NCBI GenBank assembly: GCA_021432655.1
Contig: MU271243.1
Span: forward strand, 68,780-125,825
DNA: 57,046 bases
Reading direction: 5' to 3'
DNA from: Atractiella rhizophila
Taxonomy: Eukaryota
How positions within the stretch are numbered: position 1 is the stretch's first letter; each line of letters starts with the position of its first letter. Shown here piece by piece: positions 23,101-35,488 of the stretch. The position numbers and the translations under genes are program-made. A model generated the notes under the pieces. It had not been told where the DNA came from. It saw only the letters and a list, made by a program, of their open reading frames with translations, and searched no databases.

Positions 23101-25853
23101 GACCGAACCATGGCCTTTCCGTCCAACTTCCAAGTCAGGGAAAGCTTTAACGTCACGCAATGTAGCGATATACTTCAACGAGGGCTTGGTGTAGTACTGT
23201 CCGTCCTTGAGTGACGCTATGTCCACGTCCCATTCGCTTTGAACTAAACGAGCGTTGTCCTCCTCTTCCTCAGACGCCAAAGGCTGGGATGTCGTAGCAG
23301 GTAAGCGAGTAGCAGCAGATGGAGGTATAGAAGAAGTCAGAGAGTCTAAGCTTTGGCTGGTATTCAGGGATGACTCTTGGGGGTTATTGCTGAGGGAGCC
23401 GTTCGGAATCCCTTTGTGTTGAAATGGAGATAGGTAGGCAGATTTCTCCAAATTTGAGTCAAGCTGAATGGGTTTCTGCTTAGCAGATATCAAGAAGTCA
23501 AGCTGGTTTGTTGCTGGAGAACTGGCGAGGTCTCTAGAGGGAAGAGCACGCGCTATCAGCTCCTCTTTAGTCACCGTCCGGTCGATCACCAGCTTCTTCA
23601 CGCTGGACCTTGGTTGGAAGGCAAGAGGGCTGACAGTGACGTCTTCTCCCAATCCTACTCCAAATTTGAGGGGAGAGTTCGTGCCACTTCCTGGACTCCC
23701 GGGTGAGGAAGCTGGAGAACCTGATACGTCAAGAGCATTCCCAAATGACGGAGAGCTAAAGCCGCGAATTTTTTTTACGCTTGACCTCGATGGTGAAGAA
23801 GTACGAAGCATTGACATTAGAGGGGGTTGCTTCTTGGTGTTGGAGACCAGACTGGTCTGAGAAGCCGTTGAGGATTTGAAGTTAGCGAAGAGAGAGCTGT
23901 TGCCGTATGGATCTTGGTCGACAGATGCGTGAAGTGCTGGAAGTTGTTGAGTTTGTGGGAAAATGGAATTCCCTAAGGGAGTATTCGTGGAGCTTCCCAG
24001 CGAAGTTGTGTTTAAAGTGGACGCGCCGAAAGGAGAAGTGGTATTGGTAACCCCAAAGGTCGATGCACCAAACGGGTTGGTGGAAGCAGTTGTGGATGCA
24101 AAGGGGGCAGCTGGCTGAGAAGACGCCCCGAGTCCGAAGGTGTTGGTAGATGGCGCTGTACTGGTAGCGAAAGGGTCTGTGTCACAGATGAAGGGACCTG
24201 TTCGACTCGACGAGGAAATACGCTTACTCGCAGGATTGGACGATGTAGTGGTTCCAAAGCCACCAAATGGTTTCGGTGCTGTTGACGCCGCAGTACCAAA
24301 GGAACCAAAGGTAGTAGCAGGCTTTGCTGCAGTTACTGTTCAAGTATGAGCATATATTATAGGATGAAAGGTCTGACTGACATCCAAAGGTGCCGAAACC
24401 GCTTGTTGAAGGCTGAGTGGTGCTGCCGAAAGCGCTGGTTTGAGGCTGAGCCGTGGCTCCAAACGCGTTCGAAGCAGGGGCGGTTGAACCAAATGCAGAG
24501 TTCGTGGCATTCGACGTAGACGAGCCTGTGGTAGAAATGAAATCTTAGTATTTGCGCTGGAAGACATTCTCACCGAAGGCTCCTCCTCCAAATGTCGAAG
24601 CACCAAACGGCTTGGTCGCACTAGTACCTCCACCAAATGCTCCGAAACCACTTGTCGCAGGCGTGGTAGATCCAAATGTGCTCGTTCCGGTGCCACTGAA
24701 AGCGGTGGATGTGGCTGGTGCAGCCGCACCAAAAGCTGACGTTGACGCAGGTGCACCAAAAGCAGACCCTGTACTTGAAGATCCAAAACCAGTCCCCCCA
24801 CCGAAAGCTGAAGGTTGTGATGTTGACCCGAAGGCATTCGGCGTTGAAGTGCTTCCAAAGCTGTTCGTGCCTCCTGTTCCGAAAGCAGAAGGTGTGGATC
24901 CAAAAGCGGAAGTTGTTCCGCCACCGCCGAAAGATGTCGTATTGGTACTCCCAAAAGCACTGTTCGATGCAGGAGCACCAAAAGCACTTACAGTTGTACT
25001 AGTACCAAAGCCACCTGCGCCAGCGGTGGGGGTCTTCCTTCCCTGCAGATAATCCATCACTCTCAACTCTTCGTGGCTCATGTTTCGATAAGCGGGCATT
25101 GCGCTGATGCTTTGGAAGACGCTCGTCGTCGAATCGCCAGCCTGCTTTTCGGCCTGTGCAACAAATGGAGTGGTGGTGCCATTAGTAGGTATTCCTGGTG
25201 CGGCTGGACTGGACCCGAATGCGCTCGCTGCTAATGCAATCATGTAACCACCCATTAGCAAAAGGATCTACGCACGACCAAATGCACTTGTCGACGGTTG
25301 AGCACCGAAAGCGCTCGTCCCTGTCCCAGCTCCAAAGCCAGTGTTACCAGATGTTCCAAACGCGCCAGTGCCGCCACCACCACCAAAAGTCCCAGTATTA
25401 GACCCTGTAAGCATTTAGCCACCAGAAAGTAACAAGCGAAAGGAGATTATACCTCCGAATCCACCACCACCACCAAAGGCGCTAGTTCCAGCTCCTTGTC
25501 CAAAAGCACTTGTTCCCGTCCCCCCAAAGGCGCTTGTCGATGTCCCAGAGGCACCGAAGGCATTGGATGTGCTTGGCTGTCCGAATGCACCTTCCAACAA
25601 CCCTGTAAATAAAAGACTCTAGATATTGTGGCGTGCGTACCAAAGCCTGAGGACTGCTGTTGTTGTGGCTGCCCAAAAGCACTTCCAGTGTTACCAAACC
25701 CTGGAGTTGTCGTCACTACTTTATATCCCTAACATGAGACGACACACCAAATCCTGTGTTTTGCTGTTGTTGGCCAAACGCATTCGTCTGCTGATTTGAC
25801 TGTCCAAACGAGCTGGTGCTCGCTCCGAATCCAGGACGCGACTGCCCAAACAT
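20160..25853 (-). CDS. NUP98: Nup98-Nup96 precursor nucleoporin (Nup145/Nup189-like)
   Basis: N-terminal FG repeats, GLEBS motif (SISAMPAYRNMSHEELRVMDY), autoprotease domain with the HF/S site (WTFQVQHFSRYGL, ~22771), and a Nup96 domain (LDWKRVFGLHFWY, WKWAIFVLLHL). Confidence 0.93.
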
Positions 25854-25989
25854 GACGCCTTCGAGCTAGACCAAATCTCTCTTGCTGTCCTTCGCGTCCT
25901 TCGTGGTTTTGTTTTCAGATCCTTGTCATGCACGATATTAGGGTCAGGGTCATTCCACAGTAACACAGTATCACCCTCAGTTAACTTCA

Positions 25990-28900
25990 ATGAGCAACTC
26001 TTCTTCTCAAATCAGCCTCAATACTCTAGCAGCTATCTCTACAGCACGCTCAGGCTCTAATTCGCCAAGTCTGAGGAGGAACTTTAGCATGGATAATGCC
26101 GCCAAGGGCAAGCATAAATTGGTGGATGTTGGATCGGAAGACGAGGATGAGGTAGACGTTTTAGACAGGAGGGATAACACCTATGAAATAGACGAGGACG
26201 AAGGCCATGAAAGCCAAGGACTGTTAGAAGGTGAGATAAAAACAGGCAGCAAGGTGGGTTTCCCTGTGCAGCTGGCTTCCCACATTTCAACTTGACTCCC
26301 AGCGCGTGCGCCAATCCACCCTGAAGGCTTCAACGTCAAATATCAAGCTACAAAGCGGAAGTTCACCGATAGATGGGTCTGGTAGCAAATCACGGACAAT
26401 TCCTCTTCCTGGCTCATCACCTCGTCATAAAACGCCACCAAGAAGGCAGCTCTTTCCTCCAAATGTTGTGAAGAACTCAAAGTACAACATTATAACATTC
26501 TTGCCTCTTGTGCTCTACGAACAGTTCAAATTCTTCTTTAATTTATACTTCTTATTAGTAGCGCTCAGCCAATTAGTGCCGGCACTTCGAATCGGTTTGT
26601 TCCCAGACTTCCTCACAATATTTTGACTCACCAGATGAGCTGCAGGATTCCTTATCACCTACATTCTTCCTCTCGCATTTGTGTTATTTGTCACCCTCTC
26701 TAAGGAAGCTGCAGACGACTACACCCGTCATGCACGAGATCGGGCCGCCAACTCCCAACTGTATACCATCCTCGATCCCCTTTCATCCTTTCTTCCCGAT
26801 CCTGCGGACACCCATAGCATTGGTAACGACGACGAGACAGACCCAGTCTCCCCGAGTCACAGGATGCATCCCCTTCCCCCCATAAAGCCCGTTCCGGCAT
26901 CCAAGCTCAAGGTTGGCGACTTGGTCATGTTGTCTCAGAATGAAAGAGTACCAGCAGACCTAGTTCTCCTCCAAACGAGCGATGAGAGCGGTACATGTTT
27001 TGTGCGGACAGATCAACTTGACGGAGAGACGGATTGGAAGCTGAAGGTGGCGACAGAGAGGACTCAGCGAATGAGGGCGGCAGAACTTCTCGCTATTAGA
27101 GGCCATTTATGGGCGGAGGCACCCAAGAAGGACATACACGATTTCAAAGGCAGCTTGATTCTTCAGGGGGAATCCACGCGGTTGGACATTCTCATTGACG
27201 AAGCCTGCTCACCTAAGAAAGCTGACGACTTGACTGTGCCACTGAATGTAGAAAACATTCTGTGGGCGAACACTGTGCTAGCAGCAGGAACGGCAATCGG
27301 CCTAATCGTCTACACCGGAAAAGAGACTAGGGCCGTTATGAACACGAGCCATCCCCAAACGAAAGTCGGCCTACTGGATCACGAAATCAATAGTCTCGCA
27401 AAGGTACGTTGTTCACAAAGTAAGGCCGACTTTTAAAAGGAAACAGATTCTATGCGCGGTTACCTTTGCGCTATCCCTTCTTCTCGTTGCTCTCAACGGC
27501 TTTCGAGGTTGGTGGTACGTTTATGTCTTCCGGTTTCTTATCCTTTTTTCGTCCATTATTCCTATTTCGTGAGTTATTTCGCCGCCTTCTTGCATGCGAT
27601 AAATGGAATGCAGACTTCGAGTCAACTTGGATATGGGGAAAACGGTTTACGCATCACAGATTCAAAGAGATCCGGAAATTCCTGAAACTATCGTCCGCAC
27701 CAGTACCTTACCGGAGGAGCTCGGAAGGATCGAATATCTTCTTAGCGACAAGACAGGCACTCTCACTCAAAATGGTGAACCTCGTTCACTTGTAAAATTC
27801 AAGGGCTGATTACGTTGATTAGAAATGGATCTCAAGAAACTCCATATGGGCACCATGAGTTATGGACATGATTCAATGGACGAAGTAACTTACCAGTTAT
27901 CCGTCGCATTCGGTGCAGGTGACCTTGGTAACACTGGTCATGGTCGCAAGACTAGCCTGACCACTGGTTTCGCCCTCGCGAGTCGCGGAAGAAGGGATAT
28001 GTCATCGAGAGTGAAAGATGTCGTGTTAGCTCTAGCTCTCTGCCATAATGCAAGTCTCATTCTCCCATTCCCTTCCCTCCTAAACTGAAGTTTGTTTTCA
28101 GGTAACTCCTGTCAAAAATGACGACGGCACGGCCATTTATCAAGCTTCATCTCCAGACGAAGTGGCAATCGTCAAATGGACAGAATCTGTCGGTCTCCGC
28201 CTAGTTCACCGCGACCGCGTTACCATCAAACTAGAGGCACCTAACAAGTCTTTGCTCTGCTTCGAAGTCCTTGAGATCTTCCCTTTCACTTCAGAATCAA
28301 AACGTATGGGCATTGTTGTCCGGGATCTCTCCAGCGGCGAAATCATGTTTTACCAGAAAGGTGCAGACGTGGTGATGGCGAAAATAGTGCAGTACAACGA
28401 TTGGCTCGAGGAAGAATGTGGAAATATGGCCCGTGAGGGTCTGCGCACGCTCGTGATGGCAAGGAAGAAGTTGAACGAGGAAACATGGCGAGAGTTTCAG
28501 CGGCAATATCAAGCGGCCAAAATATCGTTGCAAGATCGTAATGAAGTAATGGCGGAGGTTGTGAGGAGCCACTTGGAACGTGATCTAGAGCTGTTAGGAG
28601 TCACTGGCGTTGAAGATAAACTACAAGAGGATGTGAAGATGACCCTTGAGCTGTTGCGGAATGCTGGCATCAAGGTTTGGATGTTAACAGGAGACAAGAT
28701 CGAAACTGCAACATGCATCGCTATTTCTACCAAACTTGTGGCTCGAAATCAGTACATTCACCAGGTCGCGAAGCGTAAGCGCCTATTGTAGATTCAAATA
28801 CCGAGCTGATCCTATGCTAAAGTCAGATCTTCGGCCGAAGCTCGAGACATGCTCGAATTTCTGCAAACCAAACCGGACTGTTGCTTGGTCATAGATGGAG

Positions 28901-30090
28901 AATCACTTCAGCTTTGTCTCCAGCACTTCTCGACAACTTTTATATCCATCACTACGCAGCTTCCCTGCGTTGTTGCATGCCGTTGTTCGCCCACACAGAA
29001 GGCAGATATCGCTCTACTAATCCGGTCGCATACAAAGAAAAGAGTGTGCTGCATTGGCGACGGCGGGAACGATGTGTCTATGATCCAAGCCGCAGACGTG
29101 GGGATTGGAATCGTTGGAAAAGAAGGAAAACAAGCTAGCTTAGCTGCTGATTTTAGCATAAACCAGTTCAGTTTCCTGACAAAACTACTTGTTTGGCACG
29201 GAAGGAACAGCTACAAGCGAAGCGCGAAGTTGGCACAGTTTGTCATTCATGTGAGCTGTCACAGCACTGAACTCTCCCTGCTAATCGATATTCTTGTAGA
29301 GAGGGCTTATTATCAGCATCATTCAGTGCACATTCAGTATGATCTTTTATTTCAGCCCGATTGCCATGTAAGTGCCTTTACTCCGGAAAGGGTAGCACCT
29401 AACAATCCGCACTAGATACCAAGGATGGCTTATGATCTGCTTTCCCACCGTTTACACCATGGCTCCTGTCTTCAGTTTGGTCATGGACACGGATATCAAC
29501 GAGGATCTTGCTCTTCTGTATCCAGAACTATACAAGGAACTCACAAAGGTGTGTACACAACCAATCTGGGCTCGTTCTCATCTGCTTGCAGGGCCGCTCG
29601 CTATCATACAAAACATTTTTTCGTTGGACAATGGTGTCCGTTTATCAAGGAGGGCTCATCATGATTCTTTCTCTTTTATTATTCCAAACCGATTTCATCA
29701 ACATTGTCTCGATCTCTTTCACTGCTCTCATCCTCAATGAGTTGATTATGGTTGCTTTGGAGGTGAGGATGTTGTATGGATCCCGAATTCACCTCATATC
29801 CCCACAGGTCACAACGTGGCACACTTATATGGTCATTTCCGAGCTCGTGAGTATAACAATATACGCCGCCAGCATTTTCCTACTGCCAGAATATTTCGGT
29901 GAGCCTCCGCCATTCTTAACCAGGCTCATTCACTTCCTGACACCTTTTAGACTTAAACTTCGTCTTGACTGTCGATTTCGTTTGGAAGGTCGCCTTGATT
30001 GTCTCAGTCTCAGCAGCACCGCTATGGGTGTACAAACTAGCCAAAGCAAGGTGGGCTCCAGCAAGTTATACAAAGTTAAGGGATCATTAG
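25990..30090 (+). CDS. NEO1: P4-type ATPase (phospholipid flippase), Neo1/ATP9 class
   Basis: [66 protein letters not shown]. Ends [11 protein letters not shown]. Confidence 0.93.
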
Positions 30091-30199
30091 TTTCATTTGT
30101 ATTGATACCCTTTGTATTCAATGTCTCAGCTGCTGCGCTTAGTTTCCCTAGACTGTCGCAGATTTGTTCTACCATGGTCGGCTATGATGCTTAAAGCAA

Positions 30200-33100
30200 C
30201 CTGAACTGATGAACTCTAGATTTTCCAGGCAAACTTTTTCATCTGTGAGGTGCACGGAAAAAGGTAGAAGTTGCAACTGGGTAGAACCGAGAATCCAGAA
30301 AAGACTGAAGTGAGTCATGAGCGAAAGATCCGCCCTTCCAACAAATTGTAGAATGCGAAGTGAGGTCATCACTTGTTTTTACAACCACTTCGCCATTCCC
30401 TCTCAGCAGATCAGCTCACTCAAGTGAGTTTTCATGCGTCCTAAAAGCGCAAAAGCTTCATACGGCACCTCCCAACAGCTCTCCCTCACTAGATTCGCTC
30501 AGTTCAAGATAATGGCGGATATGGCAGGAAAATGATGGCAGCAGTGGAGGACAAGGTGGAATGACGTCCTCTGAGTCTCTGGAGAATTTTTTCGCGGGAG
30601 GAATGTCTGGCGCTTCGGGAAATAATTGGGGGGAGAGGGGATTGGCAAGTGGTCTGAGAGAAGGAGAAGTCGGAGAAGGGATAGGAAGCCAAGTAAGGGA
30701 GGATCGTGCTGTATCGGGTTCGCACGTGTCGGGACCTGGTGGCATGGAATCAGGAGCAGGAAATCCGGAAAACGCATCGGATCGAGCTTTCTTTGACTCT
30801 TTACAACGCCTGGCTAAGGAAGGACGACTTCAAGGCATCCTGAACACGTCGGGTTGGGTGAATACTTCCGAATCGGCATCACAGGTAGCCACCACCAAGT
30901 TCCTGAATTCTATCAGCAACCTCGTTCAAAATCTCACCGGTTCGGTTACGAAGGAGAAAGAAAAGGAGGGAGGAATGCCTGTGATAGACGGGACGGCAAG
31001 AGTTTCAGGCGCTTGTCCTCAAGTGAGTGTTTCGTTTGTCGTTGGGAAAATGATGCTTGGAGTTTTGGGCGTCCGCCAGCCAGCCAGCGTTGTGCGTGCA
31101 GGACTGGTTAGCCAGGCTGCAGAAGCTGTTCCGTCAGCTTGCGTTGCGTTTTGCGTGAGAGCAGTTAGCCTGGTTAAAATTATACAACTGTGTAGGCAGT
31201 TGTAATGCGTTGCGTCACTGGTTAGCCAGCTCTTGCAGCGGTCTTGGCAGCTGCATTGCGTTGCGGTACTGGTCAGCCAGTTTTCTCTCACAATTGTGCG
31301 GACAACTGCATTCTTTGCATTACTGGTTAGCCAGTTAATGCAGCTGTGTTGGCAGTTGCCTGCGTTGTGTTGCTGGTTAGCCAGTTAGTACAGCTGTGTT
31401 GGCAGCTGCCTGTGTTGCGTTACAGGTAGCTGGATTGTGTTGGGGACTGCATTATGTCCCAGTTTTTGTCTTAATACAGTTGTGTTGTAGGCGGTCATGG
31501 TGTGTTGTGTTTCACACCAAGTTTGGGGGGTTGTAGTTGAGAACGGAGTTGATGAAATGTGCGGTGGAACAGTGGCTGCATGTCAAGTTGTATGAACATG
31601 CGAAGAAGAATCCGCACACATTCCTCGAAACGGCCGCTCATTCGCCAGGATTCAACAAAACACGTACCCCCAACATGTCAGACAAAGTCGCAATTGATCT
31701 CAACCTGGGCACCACGGCTTAGGCTACCAACTCGGTGGATCATATCCTGAAGAACTTCAAAGGAAAGGACAAGCTGCTCTCCTTTGATGAATGGTACGGG
31801 GCAGCAAAAGTTCTTTGAGAATTTTCCGAGAGGCAGTGGACAACCATGAAGGGCTGGCGGCGTGTTGGGAAAGATACATCAATTTGTGGAGGGTATCTAC
31901 TATGGCAAGAGGAGAATTGGCCGGTCATCTGCGATGCAGATATCTGCCACAGGAACCAACACGCCGTTTCAGGAAAGGATCTTGGGAACGGGGTGAGAGC
32001 ATGGCCCGATATCAGCAACTCGGCTGTGTTCGAGTCGCTGTATCAGTTAGTGGTATGAGAATCGCTTCATTTGATTGTCTCAAGACCATCCGCGGCACCT
32101 TTCCCTTCACCTTCGAATTGCCCACCTTCCCAGAGAAACAGCCAGCCCTTTCAGAGCGGCTCCACATCCCCCTACGAGAGACGTCAATCGGCAGCGGGTA
32201 GCGTCGCCTTTAGCTGTTGCATACAGTGTGGGAAGGATAAAGTGGTCTGCAGTAGTAGGACATGTAGGTTGATTGCAGGGTGCGGCAGTTACGTTGCTGG
32301 GCTTAAGAATAGGGCTGTGGTGCAAGGAAATGACCACAGTTGCGGGAAAGCCTATCAAGAAACAATCCCTTCCTCGCTCCACCCTCCTCGACCCTCATGG
32401 ACACATCACATGCTCTCAATTCAACATCAACCATTGGAACTTCAACACCAGCTGCAAGTACAACCATTCGTGCACTATCTGTAGAGGAGCCCATTCAGCC
32501 CAACAATGCCCATCCGTCGAAACTAGGCGCGGCAGCACCACTTCCTCCTCATCCTGAACGAATTCTTCCTTCGCCGCCGCTGACGCTCTCTAGCAAAGAC
32601 TTCGTGCGTGCAAAGGAATTGGTGACGCCTCTCAATACGCCGGTGTGGATTAATGGTTTAACAGTTTCAGGATTCCTGGATCAGTTCCAAGATGTGTTTT
32701 TTACTCTGGCTCACAGTTTCAAATGGACTGACTCAACTCCCCCCTTCCTTCTCTTCCAAAACCGCTGCCGCCATGTCCTTGAATGAATCCCATCCACACT
32801 CGTACTTCTCCGTTTCTGCCCTTGCATTCACTGGCTGAGGGCCGCCGTCTTGTCCTGCCCCTATCACTCACTCCTCTCCCTCATCCAACCGCCTTTATCC
32901 ACCAGCTCTGTTTCTTCCACCTTTTCCACAACCACCAAGGGACTTTCCTGTCCTTGGGGAAAGATAAATCTTGTATCAATCGAAATTCTCCTGGCTCTGA
33001 CTTGGGAACGATTGCCAATGGCGATGACTGAAAAGGGGAGCCCAGCAGTTCCTCAACTTGCTCCTTTGTAAACGGACCCGCATACCGCTCTAAAAGCACC

Positions 33101-34957
33101 TCCGCTGCGTACTCATCTAAGAATGATTGGTATTGCACAGCTGAGGGATGGTTGTCGGGAGTGAAGGCCCCACCTGGCGCACAGGCCGCGGTCATGGACG
33201 TCAAGTCCGCCTTTTGCCTCATCCCCTCTCATCCATCCGTTCGATGCTAGCTTGTCTTTCAGATCTGGCCAGGACATTTCTACATCGACATGTGCGGTTG
33301 CTTCGGTTTGGCACCAATGCCAATGTTCGACTGTCGAGTAGGGGATGTGTTGGTGGCGCTCGCAGAGTTCCATGGTTACGGCCCATCAAGGAGTGGGTGG
33401 GCGACAAGGCGATTTTTCGTTTCCTGCCTTACAAATATGACCTAGCAGGCTTCTTCAACAGCATGGTCTCTTACAGCGTGGTGTGGAAAGAGGCGAAATG
33501 CAAGGATTTTGCGTTTCGTTGCCCGTATGTCAGTTTCGAATGGGATCTTTCGTTGAAGACTGTAGAGTCGAAATGGGAGAAGTATGACAAAATCTTAGGA
33601 ACGGTGCGAGAGTGGTTGGGGGACAGGTTTGTGTACATGGCCAAGGACCTGGTACACCTCACGTACATCATTCTTCAACACAAACCATACTCGGCCAGCT
33701 TAATCACATTTCGGAAGGAATCGGGTTTCCAGCCTTCAGTGCCCTGCTTGCTCAACAACTCAGTCCACGCGGATTTGGAAGTCTGGCTCTTTTTCCTCAC
33801 TCACACCCCCATTCGCCAGCTAATCCCTTCTGTTGCTCCGGTCGACATCTCTTGGATCGGAGACACGTCTACATCGTTCAGGATGGCGGGTATTATTGGC
33901 GATTATGCAGCACTTTGGGTATGGAAGGGGGGACTTGTGGAAAATACGTGGACTGGATGGGGTGAAATGCTCACGGGGAATTGGGGTTGAGATTACTGGA
34001 TTGGATGCTGGAGAAAGGTTTTCTTCGTTTAGGACCGCATGGACAAACAATACTCGTCAGATCAGACAATTCAGGAGTTGTAGGTGCTGTCAACCGAGGA
34101 AGGTCACAAAACGTTCCGATCAATGAGTCGCTGAAATGAGTGTACCAGTTGCAATTCACCAGGGGTCTGACAGTGCACTCCCAGTATTCAGCGGGTAAGG
34201 AGAGTCGCTCAGATGCTCTGTCCAGAGGTTCTTTTTCGCGTTTTTGTCATGATTTTCTTCATTGCAAGATAGTAGAGATTATGGTCCCTTAAGAAATTTG
34301 AGGGTTTTATGGCCAAAGCCATATGAGGCTTCATTCGATTTCATGTAACCAACAGTATGTTGTAGCAATTTACTTTTTACTTTTTCAGTCTTCAGTTCAT
34401 TGGTTTGCTGTATGGGCGCATGGGTTTTTCATCAAATTATCACCAGCATGGCGTATTAGCAGATCTCTTTGTACTCAGTGACGATGTGCAAATCCCAATT
34501 ATCAATGTTGTTTTTACTTATATATAAACTGCCGGTTGGAGGAAGAGAGGCAAGTACATTGGAGCTTGATGGGCCATCACCATCACCATCATACCTCCTT
34601 ACCAGGACCTTGTCCAACACGCGCAACAATCGGCTTATCGTTGACTACTGGCTTACGATCCATAGATTTTGTTTCCAAAGGTCAAAGCACAAGATAGAAT
34701 TTTACAGTGGAAACCAGAGCAACAGCTAAGCGGTCTACAGCCACCCTCAACTTCAAACCCTGGTTGCCCTCACATCTGCATCTTCCCTGGACGAATCAAT
34801 GTGTAAATCATACGGTTCAGGATTAGCGAAGTAACTAGAATACTGCGAAAAGATGAATTACCTTTTTTGGTTTGACGAGATAGGGAGAAGCTACCGTGCC
34901 TAGCAAACCGGAGTATGTACGACCCCCAGAGAAATATATCCCTCTTCATAACGCGAC
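30200..34957 (+). mobile_element. Degenerate DIRS/Ngaro-like (tyrosine recombinase) retroelement; ends approximate
   Basis: gag-like ORF with CKYNHSCTICRGAH. RT motifs FQSSPLAIVPK..FRLIQDLSFP (inverted) and APPGAQAAVMDVKSAF. RNase H ending SDALSRG (~34210). SLDES.CKSYGSGL..LEYC at ~34780-34850 resembles the N-terminal domain preceding fungal YRs. Confidence 0.7.
31095..31432 (+). repeat. ~50-55-bp period minisatellite, ~7 degenerate copies
   Basis: Core actggttagccag at 31103, 31217, 31268, 31322 and 31372, with degenerate copies at ~31161 and ~31422. Confidence 0.85.
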
Positions 34958-35445
34958 TGTCAGGCTTGCCACTACGCATTACCGAAATGCACCATTTGAA
35001 GTCACGTGACTCACTTTACCACATCATGGGAGCGTGTGTCTACTCGTCGCCGCTTTGCTCATGCCCACGCTGTTCGCCGATTTCCCCTTTCTCATACGAA
35101 TCGCCCCTCAGCAAACCTTACACATTTCGCCGGTCTGCACCATCCCGTTTTCGCCTCACTACCCATTCTCTCTAGTACTGCTCAGTATCTCTTATTTCTG
35201 AGTATTCCCTTTATTGCTTTCCTGAACTAGTTACCTTACATGTTTCAAGAAGCATGTGTTACAGTTTATGGCAGTGCCTTTACATATGTATATATACATC
35301 AAGAAGTAGTGGTGGTGATCTCAGAGTATTCTCTTATGTTTACCTCCACTACAGGTTAGTCTTCTCATGCCATACTATAACTTAGGTTTACCTCCACTAC
35401 AGATGCATCGCCCATTGGCGACCACACATAGTGTCAGCCCTAACA
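34958..35445 (+). repeat. gypsy 5' LTR (488 bp)
   Basis: TGTCAGG..CCCTAACA ends, a TATA-like tatatata at ~35289, and a duplicated taggtttacctccactac-like motif. Confidence 0.9.
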
Positions 35446-35488
35446 GAAGAATACTCTCCCTACCTTTCAGAACAGCAAAACTTAAAAA

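Noticed and set aside
24552..25052. 166-aa + strand ORF with PKA repeats
   Set aside because: Antisense shadow of the Nup98 AFG repeats.
31095..31432. CRISPR-like array of palindromic repeats
   Set aside because: The intervening sequences resemble one another rather than being unique spacers, the context is eukaryotic, and there are no cas genes. It is a minisatellite.
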